From: Vicugna vicugna
Taxonomy: Eukaryota
NCBI GenBank assembly: GCA_013265495.1
Contig: MU058781.1
Coordinates: 3,721,050-3,785,049 of the forward strand
DNA: 64,000 nucleotides
Direction: 5' to 3'
Shown here: positions 40,501-52,935 of the stretch, one piece after another
Numbering within the stretch: the stretch's first letter is position 1
Layout: each line of letters opens with the position of its first letter
Position numbers and translations under genes: made by a program
The notes under the pieces: model-generated
What the model saw: only the letters and a program-made list of their open reading frames with translations
Told to the model about the DNA's origin: nothing
The model's database searches: none

Positions 40501-41159
40501 CACCCTGGCCAGGCGGGCTTGGCCCAGTCTTCTTCCTCTACCTGGACACTCTCCCCTTCCCTCCCAGACTGGTCAGGTCTGACTGCTCCATCTCAGTGCA
40601 AGCTTTACTTCCTCAACTATTCCTTCTCTAAACGCTCTGAGTTGGTCTAACCTCCTCTTTATAAACTCTCCATACAACATTAACACACATAACACTTATT
40701 TGCGATTATTTTATTATTTCTACATTTTAATTCTTGGACCTCTTTTTTCCCACTGACTTCCCCTCTAATTTCAGCATCTCTCCTGGAGCCACACTCTGGA
40801 TTCTGATATCACCTGAAACTATTTTACCTCATAACTACTAAATTCTAATAAAGTCTGTTTTGCTACAAAACATTTCTTGAATACAAATTAGCTCACATGC
40901 ACTTGATAAACACAGGAATGATGTCAGCATAATAAAGAAGTCATTCCAGTCCTAACACAGCTTTTCCCAGTACATTAATGAATTAAAGAGAAAAATTTAG
41001 CAATATAACAAAAGGCCCTATGTCAAAAAAGCTGGGATTCCTACAGAAGTGCATTCCTATTGTACCTGATTTCTGGTGGCTTCAGGAACTGCTACAGTTG
41101 CCACTATGTGAAACCATCTGGGAAGAATTCAAGTGCAGTACAGATCAAAAGTGCTAAGA

Positions 41160-42700
41160 TACTGCCTCTTTGTTTATATCAGTATGGACTCATGCATCTC
41201 ATGCATATTTAGTTTATACTTTGTGTTATAATTCAACACTACTTAATTTCTTTTGTTGCTCAAACTGTTCCCTGTTTAGCCACTGGGAGCTTTTTCAGTT
41301 GGCTCCTCTGGCACTCTGACATACCTCCATTGTGTGTTTTGTGTTTTTGCTTGTTACTTTCTGGCACTACAAGATGCTAGAAGCTCATCTTGTGTATTTC
41401 CTGCCCCAGTCCTAGAATCAGCCATTTCTCCAAGGAGCCCTAGCTCCTTTTACGGACAAATGGCATTAGAATCCGAGATCTAGGTACTAGGCATGCTTGT
41501 TGTTACTGGGGTGTCATTGCTTTTAGGCCTCCTTATCGACAAGAGCAAGGAAATATGTGTGTAGGCTAAACCCCTGTATATACACAGGTCTATACTTTTG
41601 CATGTAATCATCTACGTACATATTAAACTAAACATGAGTGCACACTATTGTCTCCAACTCTAACTCATGGATCATTCTAACTGCCTCCCTTTGCTTATCT
41701 GTAAAATTCTACTCCAATGGTGAGAAACCTAACTCCCACCATCCACCACCCATATTTAAATGCTAAATTCCAGTACCTATGGATAGTAGCATCAGAACTG
41801 TCAACCAATATCCCCATGGGACACAACTTACCATCAGTAAGAATTCAGTGCTTATATAGTTTCTTTTACCTTAAGTTTTATAGACTTCATTTATTTCTGA
41901 GGTTACTTAGGTCAACGCCTTTCCCCTCCTCTCGCTTCATACCTATGTAAGATAGTCTGTTTTGGCACATTCTATATTCTATCCTGGGATTTTCCCCCTC
42001 CCTCCTAAGTGATTTTTTAATGTGCACACATTAAGGTTCACTCTTTATGCTCTGAAGTTCTATGGGTTCTATAAACACATATGTCACATAGCCAGTTACA
42101 GTACCATACAGAATCTTTCACTGACCTACAAAATCCCGTTCTCTGCCTCACTTACCCTCTCTCCCTCCCCTCAACCCCTGACAAACACTCATCTTTTTTA
42201 CTAGCTCTACAGTTTTCCCTTTTCCAGAACTGTCATATAATTGAAATCATACAGTATGTAATCTTTTCAGATTGGCTTCTTTCACTTAGTAACGTGCATT
42301 TAAGATCCATATGTGTCTTCGTGGGATGGACAGCTCTTTTCATCACTGAGTAATATTCCACTCTAAGGATGTAGCATCATTTACCCATCCACCTACTGAA
42401 AGACATCTTGGTTGTTTCTTGGTTTTGGTGATTATGAGAAAAGTTGCTATGAACATTCATGTGCAGGTTTTTATATGGGCATAAATTTTCAAATCAGCTG
42501 GGTAAATACCTAGGAGCTCAACTGCTGGATGATATGGTAAAATTAAGTGTAGCTTTGTTAGACACTGCCAAACCACCTTCCAAAGTGTATCATCCTGCGC
42601 TCCCACCAGTAGTGTAGGAGAGTTCCTGCTGCTGTCTGTATCCTCCCCAGCAATTGTCAGGTCAGGTTTTCTTCGGGTTTTAGTCATCCTGGTAGCTAAA
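41160..42700 (-). mobile_element. L1MC/MD-like 3' region
   Basis: GAATCAGCCATTTCTCCAAGGAGCCC; TTTTCAGATTGGCTTCTTTCACTTAG; GGGTAAATACCTAGGAG. Confidence 0.8.
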
Positions 42701-43259
42701 GGTAAGCATTTCTTCTTTGCTTAAAAAAAGTGGTGAAAAGGGTTAAACCCTGAATCAGATTTTTATTTTTGATTTAACAGCTAACAAGAATTTACAAGGA
42801 ACATCTCTAACAGGAAGACCAAATCCCAGGGCCGAAGGCTGTGAAGGATCAGCAGCCTGTGATACCGAAACAAACGCAGTGGAAATTTAACCTGGCTTGT
42901 ATTTTACTAGGGCTATTACTCTATAGTACTCTGGTTACAAAGTTCCATAGGTTTTAATGGGTCTCCACCAGCCCTATTTTTCCCATAAGCCCTGTCACTT
43001 TTAGTGTGCAATTCTGTAGAAAACGTGAGGTTTTTCCAGCAACACAGCTTTGGCATATAGGGGAAATACAGACATCTTCCCCTGGGACACACCTTCTATC
43101 CTCTCCCCTTTCTGAAGAATCCACTTCTACACTTCAAATCTCCATTCTCCTCCAGGTACTGCCTTATCTCTTTCCTCATCTATATTTCTCAAGAATAACT
43201 TATATTCATTATACTTTCTGCTTAGTCCCTTCTATTTACTCTGATTTCTGCCCCCATCA

Positions 43260-44990
43260 TTCAATTTAAACTGTTCTCCCTAAGGTCACAACGATCCAAT
43301 TCCAAACCCAGTGGAAATTTTTCTGTACCTATCTCACTAAACCCATCTGTTGCATTTGACACCAAAGTTCACTTCCTCGTTTGCTCTGCTCAGATTCTGT
43401 GACACCACACTCCCCTCTGTGCAGATGTCTATTCCTTCTTGGGCTCCAACTAGTCTTCTAATGCTGGTGTTACTCAAGGTACCATCTTTGGCCCACTGAT
43501 CTTCTTAGTTTACTTAACTCTCTCTCATACACTGAGTTTCAACTACTAGCTAGAGGCAACTCCCAAATCATTCATGACCTCGACCTCTCTCCCAAGTTCA
43601 GGTCCATGATGGTATGTGGCAGCCTCTCTGAGGAGAAACTGCCCCCTACACTGTCCCTGCAGAAAGAAGTGAGGCCCAGACTATCCTTGTGCCAGGAGGA
43701 CGTTTTGCATTTCTTAATGACGCTCACACCCCTACAGCTGACTCAGCACAGGGGAGCATCTAGGAGAGGGCCCTCAATTCACTCTGCAGCATATAATGAA
43801 AAGCTCTGCCCAACTAAGGATGACGGCAAGTAGCGAGGCCAGTCTGATAAGTCTCTTGGGAATTTAAAATAGGAAGGAAAAAAATAAACCACTCAGAAGG
43901 GAAAAGAGAAGAAAATAGCCAGAACCCAGAGACTGTGGCTGAGTCATTTCAACATTAGAATAAAGTGAAAAGTCATGAACTCCAGCTGTGGTGATTACAC
44001 AGAGCCACCCTAACTCCAGAACACCTTTATCTGTTCTTTCTCTAAGGCTGTTTCTTTGACGTCTTCTGGTTTACACAAGGTCAGATCACATGGCTAATAC
44101 TCCCATTTTTACTCATCTCCAAACATATCGTAATACTTCCTTGTGATCATTATTTGATTCATGGTTCACTGCAAAAACCTAAGAGGGCTAGAAATCCAGC
44201 ATCATCCTTCATTTCTCTATCTTTCCATCACATCCTGTCAGGTTTACTTCAGTACAGGTCACAGATATGTCTGCTCTTCTCCACCCCGACCACTGACCAA
44301 ATTCAGGTCCTTATTTCTGACACGGTCTGCAACAGTCCTCTAAATGAGTCTGCTATTTCCAGTCTTGTGCCCCCTGAATTCATCTTCTAATTTGTTGTGT
44401 ATTCTGACAAAGACGACAATGAGCCAGTCACTTCCTATTTAAATCCTCGGACGATTCTTCATCTCCCACAGAAATAAGATCTAAGCTCAATAAAATACTC
44501 TGTAAGGGCTCACACAATCTTTTCCCAGCGGCTCCTTGCCACACGCTTAAATTCCAATAACCCCATACTGCTTGTAGGTACAAACATAAAGAATAACTCT
44601 CTCCTCTATGATTTGTTTACACTTTTCCCTTGTAATGGCCAGCCTCTCCTCTATCCCTATATCATACTCATCTTTTAAGACTGACCACTGGCTGCATCCT
44701 CTCCAAAAAGCTGTCCCTGACCCACCCATCAACTTCAACCCTTCCAGTGTCAGCTGGAGCTAACCCTAACCCTATCTTCCACAGAACTCTTCATAACACT
44801 TCCCTTGCTACACACACTGTTTCATGTCCTTTGAGCGCTCTGAATTCAAAGACATTATCTTACTCACCTCTACATGCCCCAGAACCTGGCACAAAGTAAA
44901 CATAAAAGAATAAATAAATAGAAAGTAAGGCATATATACAAATGGCCTAGCAGAATATCTGCCCTATAGCAAGTGCTCAATAAATCATCA
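43260..44990 (+). mobile_element. L2 remnants interrupted by an LTR-like segment (about 43600-44060)
   Basis: CCTAAGGTCAC and GCATTTGACAC (RT); 3' end CCTGGCACA...GTGCTCAATAAAT. Confidence 0.55.
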
Positions 44991-46422
44991 ATACCATTGT
45001 ATGCTTTTCTGTTCAGTATAATTATCAGACTCAATTCTTGCAGTTATCCACTAGAATTTTTAAAGCTAAATTCTGGCAAAGGGATCCTTGGGAAAAGCTC
45101 AGTTTTTTAATTCCTTGATTTTAAAGAACATTTTTATATCATCACCCATAAATCTCAAGACATATGTATTGGTAAACAAGTAAATACTGTTAAGATATTT
45201 GTTCTACATAAAGAAATGCAAGAAATTAGATCAGAAATTAAATTTAGGACGTGTTAAAGGCCTAACGACTGGTGATACTGAGAGAGAGGGGAGTTAGGCA
45301 TACTAAAAGCTCAACTTATTTGGTTAGATACTATTAACGATGATTCAGTGAGAAGGTGCAATTCACTATTCACGGCTTCCTATCATTCCCAACTTTCACT
45401 TACCTTACATTTCTTCTAAGCTGCCCTAAATTAGTATAATCAAGGTATCTGGACTTTTCCATGGCATTAGTGTGCTTCAAGTAGCACTTTTCACCAGAGG
45501 AAATACTTTTAACATCAACTATTCTTCAAGAAGTTATAAATGTGTTCACTGGATTTTACCTACTTGAGACAATTAAGTCCCATACAAACTGAAGCAGGCA
45601 ATATGGTATAATAGAAGGAACACTAAATTTAGAATCGGTGAAAACTAGTTTCCAATCCTGGCTTACTTGTGGCTGGGAAATTCTAACCTCCAGGCCCTCC
45701 CACTTTCTCACATCCAAAATGCTAATTCCACCATCTTGAACAAATCCTGAGTGTATGTAACAAAATGCCTTGCAAAGTATCCAAAAAGTGGGAACTTCAC
45801 AAATATAAAAATACAACCTGTAACTGAAACATTTAGACTAATCAAATCCATTGTCATGTTCATTGAAATGTTTTAAGTTGGAATAAAGTCATCATTGTTA
45901 ACTGTCTAAACTTGTCATATTTGTATTTATTCAAAGCTGATGAGAACTTTAAAAATAAAGGAGGCCGTATTTGAGGGTTTCAACAGTTGGTGTGTGGCTG
46001 CTAAGTGCAAGGATTTTTTTTTTTAATTTAACATATAATAAACACACCCAATTCCTCTGCAATCCAATCAACTTTGTCTGCATGTCTGGCATTGTTCAAC
46101 ACTAATCCCTTCAAATCATTTAAGGAACCCTACTGCTTCCAAAAAGAGTAACTGCAGCTTAGAATAACATCTTCAAAACAGTATGTCCTGAGCAAAAGAA
46201 ATGTCTATTTTGAAGGTAAGGAACATCCTCATTATTCTGGAAAACAATTATCATCAATCTTACGAAATTCTATACTACACAAAAATACCTTGTGAACAGT
46301 AGTTTCTCATGTTATTTTGTTTGATTGACTTCAAGTTTGATTACCACTACCTATGACACCTTCCCTTTGCTCAGATGCCTGGTACTTCTGGTGTGGTCCA
46401 CTTAGAAAGCACACAGAAAAAC

Positions 46423-46423
<1 letters not shown>

Positions 46424-46456
<33 letters not shown>
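46424..46456. repeat. (CA)16 microsatellite
   Basis: Uninterrupted CA run. Confidence 0.95.
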
Positions 46457-46460
<4 letters not shown>

Positions 46461-48551
46461 CTCTAAAATAACAAGACAAGAGGAAGAGGCAGTAGAAGGG
46501 GGGAAAAGGTCCTGTGTTTGTGACAAGGGGGGAGGGAGAGACAAAGGGGAGAGAAAAGAAAAAGGATGACAAACAACAAAATCTGTTTTCCCACAAATAA
46601 TGGTTCGTGTTTATAAAAGAGTGAACTTTCCAGAAAGTGAATCTTAGTATTACACAACAGAAAGAAATAAAGAGGCCAACAAAAAAAAAATAATTGAGAC
46701 AGCAGTGTCATAAATATTCCAACTCCAACCAATTTCACATAAGCTGCACTTTTCCCTGACCCAAATCATCAATTTTACGTAAAAGGAGTTAGTAAAATTA
46801 ATCAAGGCATGTTACAGTGCTAACTAAGCTGTAATCACAAATCTTAGATACATGGAAATTCAGAGCTGGAAATTTCCTTACCAACCATCCAGCTCAATTC
46901 CCTCACCTCTCAGAAGAAGAAACTGAGGCCCTGTCTAGTAACATGCCTAAAATCACAAATGATGGCTGGGCTCAGAAACCTAGAATTCTTTGTTCAATAA
47001 TCTTCTCTATCTTCTGCTTCTGATTTTTATAAGCTAATTATTAACCATCAACCATAAATTTAAAGTTTTGTGGAGTCTAACAAAAAAGCATTCTGGTAGC
47101 CAGATGAGAAGTAAACACTTCATAACAGCACCATTCACACAAATTAAAACACGAAATTAAATTATAGCCTTCAATAGGGTATTAACAAAATGTCCTAACC
47201 TAAAAAAAAAGGTAAATATTCTGGAATTTTCAGCCATTTAGATTAAGAAGCATAACATTTAAAATTGAAAGTACTTCTCCGGATCTATGGATAAAAGGAA
47301 GGAATATTCAATAAGGCCTATTTTTGGCCATGATTCTTTGCAGCCAAATCACTTGGAAGATTTCTGTGGCCATCTCCTTTCTGATTAAATAGTAACTTAT
47401 TTATCAAGATTCTTCTCAAATTTCAGTCCTGTAAACTTTAAGAATTTCACCACAATGGTTGTTTATACCGTCTATATCCATGTCACTAGGCTCTGATTAA
47501 GACCCTCCTTTTGAAGCCAATCAAAATGAGGCTGCTTTAAATGTAAAAGCAGCAGGTTTGGGGCCTAAAAATCTGGATTTGTCTCCAGATAGACCGATAT
47601 ATTGATTTTCTCCCCCAGACAAGTAAACTTGAAGCATGCTATTAACTTGGGCTACAATTCAAAAATTCCATAGTAATTTATAATTTTATATACAACTGAT
47701 CTGCTTAAAGCTTTGTTTTAACACAGGAGAGGTAGGTGAGGGAGGAAGGGGAACAAGCACTAGTCTAAGGATGTTTTCTTTTTTTAAATTTAGGTGGAAA
47801 ACGTAAGTCAATTCTCTCTAAAATACTAAACAGCATATTTAACAAAGCCTTGTTTTCAACGTACTTCATATAATGCCAACACATAAATACAGGGTATTTC
47901 CAATCGGCAGTGGTAGGTTTCTGCTCGCCTAAGAAAACACGTACCCCTGACGTTTCACCTCTGCCTAGCAGCTTTTAGCAAGATACACTGACGGCAAACT
48001 TGGGGCCCCAGTCCTTCTGTCTCCCTAGACAATCTCTGGCCTCATTTGGGGCAAAATCTTTCTCTGGCTACTCCTCTCCCTGTATATCCCTGCTCTCCCT
48101 TAATTAGAAATTATTCCTCGGATTCGTGCCTCTCTTACCCCCACGTAAGAAAAGACCGCCTGACCCACCACCACCTGGAGAACAATGTAACCCAACTCCA
48201 AGCCCATATAGATTCCTCCATCCAAGCCCCGGGATTTATCTCAAAGGGAAATCAGAAAGCGAGTTATGTCCTGTCATCCTGGATTCCCCCAAGGTGTCCT
48301 GCTCACAGCCAGGGATTACCAGCTCCATGTCACCGAGGAGCATTATACTCACCTCCCCCTCCCAGAATCGCCCCTTTCCCATCGCAGCTCTTCCCGTGAC
48401 CCCAGTGCCACCCTCAGAGCAGCAGAGCCAGCGGGCCGCCGAGGGCACCGGGCCCCGGGAGGGCGGGGGGCGGGCGGAGGGTCGGCCTAGGTGGCGGCGG
48501 GACCCGCCGGGTCAGTGGCTCCATTCCCACCGCAGGACACACGCCCAGTAC

Positions 48552-48957
48552 CTTTGTAGTGCACCCGCAGGTTGTTCTGAGACAGGCCGATGTAGCTGAA
48601 CTTGTCCTTCGGGCTCCAGGATCGAGGCAGCGGCGTCTCCTGCTCGTCCACGGCCGGGTAGAGGCGCTTGAGCCGCCGCTGCAGCTCCTTCTCCTGCTCG
48701 TTCAGGGCCGAGTCCCCGTGCGGGAAGGGCGCCGCAGCGCTAAGCAGGGCGGCCGCCGCGGCCCCCAAGGCGCCGCCGCCGCCCGCGCCGCCGCCGGGCG
48801 AGCCGGCCGGAGAGGAGCTGGCGCTGACGGCCGGGGGCGCCGGCAGTACAACTCCGGGCACCGGGGCCACAGCCGCCGGCGGTGGCGGCGGCAGCTGCTG
48901 CTGTTGTTGTTGCTGCTGCGGCGGCGGCGGCGGCGGCGGCGGCGGCTGCCCGGACAT
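48552..48957 (-). CDS. RANBP9: RANBP9 coding exon 1 (MSGQ-polyP-polyQ ... LRVHYK/G), 406 nt, ends in phase 1
   Basis: Translation [22 protein letters not shown]...[55 protein letters not shown] matches recalled RanBP9. ATG context gccgggATG; in-frame TGA at 48970-48972 just upstream; donor AAG|GTACTG. Confidence 0.97.
48895..48945 (-). repeat. Coding trinucleotide repeats: pure (CCG)9 polyPro followed by CAG/CAA polyGln(8)
   Basis: cgg x9 at 48919-48945 and ctg/ttg x8 at 48895-48918 on the + strand. Confidence 0.95.
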
Positions 48958-49334
48958 CCCGGCCGCGACTCAGCCTGCGGCCACCTCCACCTCTTTTCTC
49001 CTTCCTCCTCCGCTTCCCGGGGGCGCTGTCGCTGCGGCCGCCGGCACCAGGCGCCCAGTCCGCCCGCCCCGGAAGCAGGCGGCGGGCCGCGCGCCGAGGG
49101 GGAGAGAGCGCGACGGTTGGGGGGCTCGAAGCCGGGGGAGTGGGCGGCGGGGCCAGGGAGGCCCCGAGAGAACGGTGGCCGGAGGGCGGGCGCGGGCCCG
49201 GAACCAGAGGGCGAGGCGGCAGCGCGGGAGGAGAAGGCGCGGTGGCGACCGCTGTAGCCGCTGCTCTCGCGGCTGTTTCCCCGTGGGCTGGTCGGGCCGG
49301 CGCGAGACGCTGCGCGCGGGCGGCGCTGGGCGAG

Positions 49335-49376
49335 GGGGCGGGGCCGGAGGCGAGCGCGCGGCGCGAGGGGCGGGGC
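49335..49376 (+). promoter_or_regulatory. Two Sp/KLF GC boxes (GGGGCGGGGC at 49335-49344 and 49367-49376)
   Basis: Exact consensus matches about 380-420 nt upstream of the ATG. Confidence 0.65.
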
Positions 49377-49377
49377 C

Positions 49378-49622
49378 NNNNNNNNNNNNNNNNNNNNNNN
49401 NNNNNNNNNNNNNNNNNNNNNNNNNNNNNNNNNNNNNNNNNNNNNNNNNNNNNNNNNNNNNNNNNNNNNNNNNNNNNNNNNNNNNNNNNNNNNNNNNNNN
49501 NNNNNNNNNNNNNNNNNNNNNNNNNNNNNNNNNNNNNNNNNNNNNNNNNNNNNNNNNNNNNNNNNNNNNNNNNNNNNNNNNNNNNNNNNNNNNNNNNNNN
49601 NNNNNNNNNNNNNNNNNNNNNN
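49378..49622. other. Assembly gap (245 N) inside the CpG island
   Basis: Run of n. Confidence 1.
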
Positions 49623-51774
49623 CGCGCGGCGGCGGGGGGCGGGCCCGCGGGGGCCGGGGCGCCGGGCCGAGGCGGCGTGGGGGAGGCGCGCGGCCCGGAG
49701 CTGAGCGCCTCCATGCGGGCATGCGGGCATCTCGCGGGCGGGGAGCCGGGGGTCTCAGCGCGGGGCCCCTCCGGAGGTCCCCGCCTTCCCCTGGAGCTCG
49801 CCGCTCCCTCCCGCCCTCCCCGGGAGACTCTCCTCCTACTTTACTTCTTTTTGTTGTCTTCGCCCCACCTCCCCACCGTAGGGTTCCCGCTGCAGCGGCG
49901 GGGCTGCTTCTCGCCCAGACGAGAGTAATCGAGCCCGCTGGGGTCCCTGCGTGCCCGGACCCCGGGCGCCCCGGGACGAGCGGAGCCGCTCGGGCTCTCG
50001 GAGCCCAAATCGGGTCCCCGAAGAGAGCCGTCCGGGGGGCGTCCGCGGGCTGCTCGGGCTCTGCTCCAGTTCGTGCCCCTGTACGGGTCCCTGTTTGCCG
50101 TTTCCCTCTTTGTGAACCAACTGCTCTTCGCGCTTCACGACGTTTAATACCTTAAAATAACCACTTGTAAAGGGAAAGTCTCCCTCTTAAAACAGGGAGC
50201 ATTTTATTAAGTAATTTTATGATGACTTCTAGTGAACTTAAGAGTGACAGAAGGGGTCACTTATTTAGTAGAAATACTAATAAAGACTGATATCTCTTCA
50301 AAGAGCAGGAACACGAACTGTACGAATACCAGGTGTATTTAGGAAGGGCTTCTGGAGACGGCAAAACACTTTATAGACTCATTAATTTTCATAAGAGGCC
50401 TCTTTGTTAGGTAACAAAGAATTATGCCCATTTTTAAAACAAGGAAATATTCACTGAGGTCAGCAGAGTCAAAAATAGGACTTCCTACTTTGCAGTTCCC
50501 AGTAGTGCTTTGCTTGGTCGACTAATTTGGCACAACTGGCCAGAGGTTGCTCTCTGACCCGTCCTAGCATTACTACTTTGTTTCACCACTTCCTTTTGTT
50601 TAGATTAGCCTTTCCTTAGCTGGCCACATCGAGCTTTACACTTGTAAACTACACTGTATAAATTTCGGTATTTTGTTTCCTTCCAAAGATACTATGATGG
50701 TAATTGGCCAAATAAACAAGGAAGGTGTATTTTGCTGATTAGAGAATTAGTTTTGTCTTGAAGAGGGTAGGTAAATGGTGATTTAATTGAAGGCCCTCAA
50801 CGGCTGGCCAGAACTAATAGTCATCAGTCTAATTTCTCCCTCAATTACCCAGCAACTAGATGCCCTGTCCTTCTTTAATAAAAATATCCGATAATTCTAA
50901 CCTACTGTTTGATGACTTTTTTCAAGCCACTGCACTTTAAATTACATGATGTCATTGTATTTAAATTGTTCTAAGACTGGCATTTATATTACAGTAACGA
51001 GTTACATGTAAGCCAAGCTCTGTTTAAATGTTAGCTAGCCAAGGTAGAATAAATGAGCTCAATGCCTCATCAAACTTTCTTGAAACAGTCATCAAGATTT
51101 TATTTATGAAGGTGTACTTTTTTCTGACAGCATTTAGAACTTCACATATCCTAAAACGGCTGAGAAAATGTGATATTTTGTTGGAAGCTTTTTATAGGAG
51201 TGACTGCTTGCTCTCCAAACAAGCAACCTCCAGAAATTGATGATATCAGTTGTGGGGAGGACTCTGTAAAACAGACACTTCCTCACACTGAAGGTAGCAG
51301 AGAACATCAACATCATTTTTAAAAGCCACGTATGTGGTATACTTACAAAGAGACATAAAGGTGATTATGCCTTTTTACTAATTCCTACCAAAAAATCAAA
51401 ACCAAGAAAAAAATCTAAAATATAGAAGAAATTCAAGCCAAAAAAATGTTCAACTGGAATTATTAACATATGAAATATGGTAGCAAACTAGATGCCCAAC
51501 ATGAAGGGACTACTTGGAAAAATTACCATATACCCTACTCAGTGGAATCAAGACTATAGAAGCACATACAGCAAGTTGGTTCAAAAAAATTTCAATGCAT
51601 CCTCTCTGGGCAGTGGAATTGCCAAAAGAAGGGGGCCAACTAATTAGAAAAAGGCACTCCTTCCTCTTGACTTAGTGAATATTGGGCCCAATTTCATACC
51701 CACTCCTTCCAGGCCTCTTACATAGGCACAGTCTGAAATCAGTTTTATCTAACCTCTTAAAAATGACGACATGG

Positions 51775-51990
51775 TTAAAAACATGTTAATATACAAAATA
51801 GATAGAAAAAAAAAAAAACAAGGTCCTAATGTGTAGCATAGGCAACTGCATTCAATACCTTGTAATAACCTATAATGAAAAAGAATATATATATGTATAA
51901 TTGAATCACTATGCTGTATACCAGAAACTAGCACAACATTGTAAATCAATTATACTTCAATAAATAAATAAACAAATAAAAATAATTTTT
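51775..51990 (+). mobile_element. Young 5'-truncated L1 3' end
   Basis: AACAAGGTCCTAATGTGTAGCATAGG...TGTAAATCAATTATACTTCAAT(AAAT)n; TSD AATGA(C/A)GACATGG. Confidence 0.85.
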
Positions 51991-52935
51991 AAACAATGAA
52001 GACATGGAAAAATGATTATGATGTTCTAACTAGAAAAAAGGCTATGCAATAATTACATATGGCCAAAATTGTTACCAAAAAGACACGAAGGAAAATTGCA
52101 AAATGTTTCCATAATGGGCAACTATAATATATAATTAAAAGTAAATTTTTATTATGAAAATTAAATTAGACATTTACATAGAGATATAAATGGTAAAAAT
52201 CCATTAGCCTTGAACTTGTCCACAATCTTGTTGCACCTATATTTTCAGTCTTTCCTGTATATTGCTATAATATTGATACACATATATCTATCATCTGAGG
52301 TTCTCAGTAGCAAATAATTAGAAGCCAATTCTGGCTCTCTTAAGCAGAAGGAACTTATTGGAAAGATATTGGTTTCAGAATTGACTAGAAGGTTGGACAA
52401 CCAGGCCTAAAAGCAAAGACCAAAAGAGGTCAGGCAGCATAAACAGACTGGCCAGGGCCCCACCACTGGTCACATCAGCCACCATCAGATGCCATCTCCA
52501 CCACCTAGACTGTCACTTTTCTGACCCCTAATCTTTTCTTCTCTTACTCGAGGTTCAAAGTTGGCCAAGCTAGGTGGCATGTTCATACCTGGGGCTGCCA
52601 GGGAGCATAGAATCCCAGCTTACAGAGGTGCTGAGTTATTGACACCTCCAGTTCAGGGTGGAGTGGCTAGAGTCTGTGGAGCTAGTCCCTTCCAGCAGCG
52701 AGCAGCTCATGCATTCACAGAGTACTTCACACACCTCATTCATTTTCTATGCTTGAAATGACACGCCATCCTAACAGGAAAGGGCCACTGATGCCCAAGA
52801 TCGAGGATTTTCCAGTACCAGGAAAGAAGCTCAGACACTGGCCCATCAGTTTCAGTAAATGTCCTTGACAGCATCCTTCTAGGTACTGGAAAATGTGATG
52901 GCAGAGTGGGCCAACTTCTATACGGCTTCAGGGTC

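Larger units (their letters stand above)
48380..50150. promoter_or_regulatory. CpG island / RANBP9 promoter and 5' UTR
   Basis: Very GC- and CpG-rich block spanning exon 1 and upstream, against AT-rich flanks. No minus-strand ATG between the gap and the start codon; ETS-like CCGGAAG near 49069. Confidence 0.9.

Noticed and set aside
48487..48551. ORF-track extension of exon 1 (TGRVSCGG...AAT*)
   Set aside because: Read-through into intron 1 past the donor; RANBP9 homology continues in exon 2.
48559..50155. Long ORFs of 232-495 aa on both strands across the CpG island
   Set aside because: Stop-poor GC-rich shadow frames; several run through the N gap; low-complexity products with no recognisable domain.
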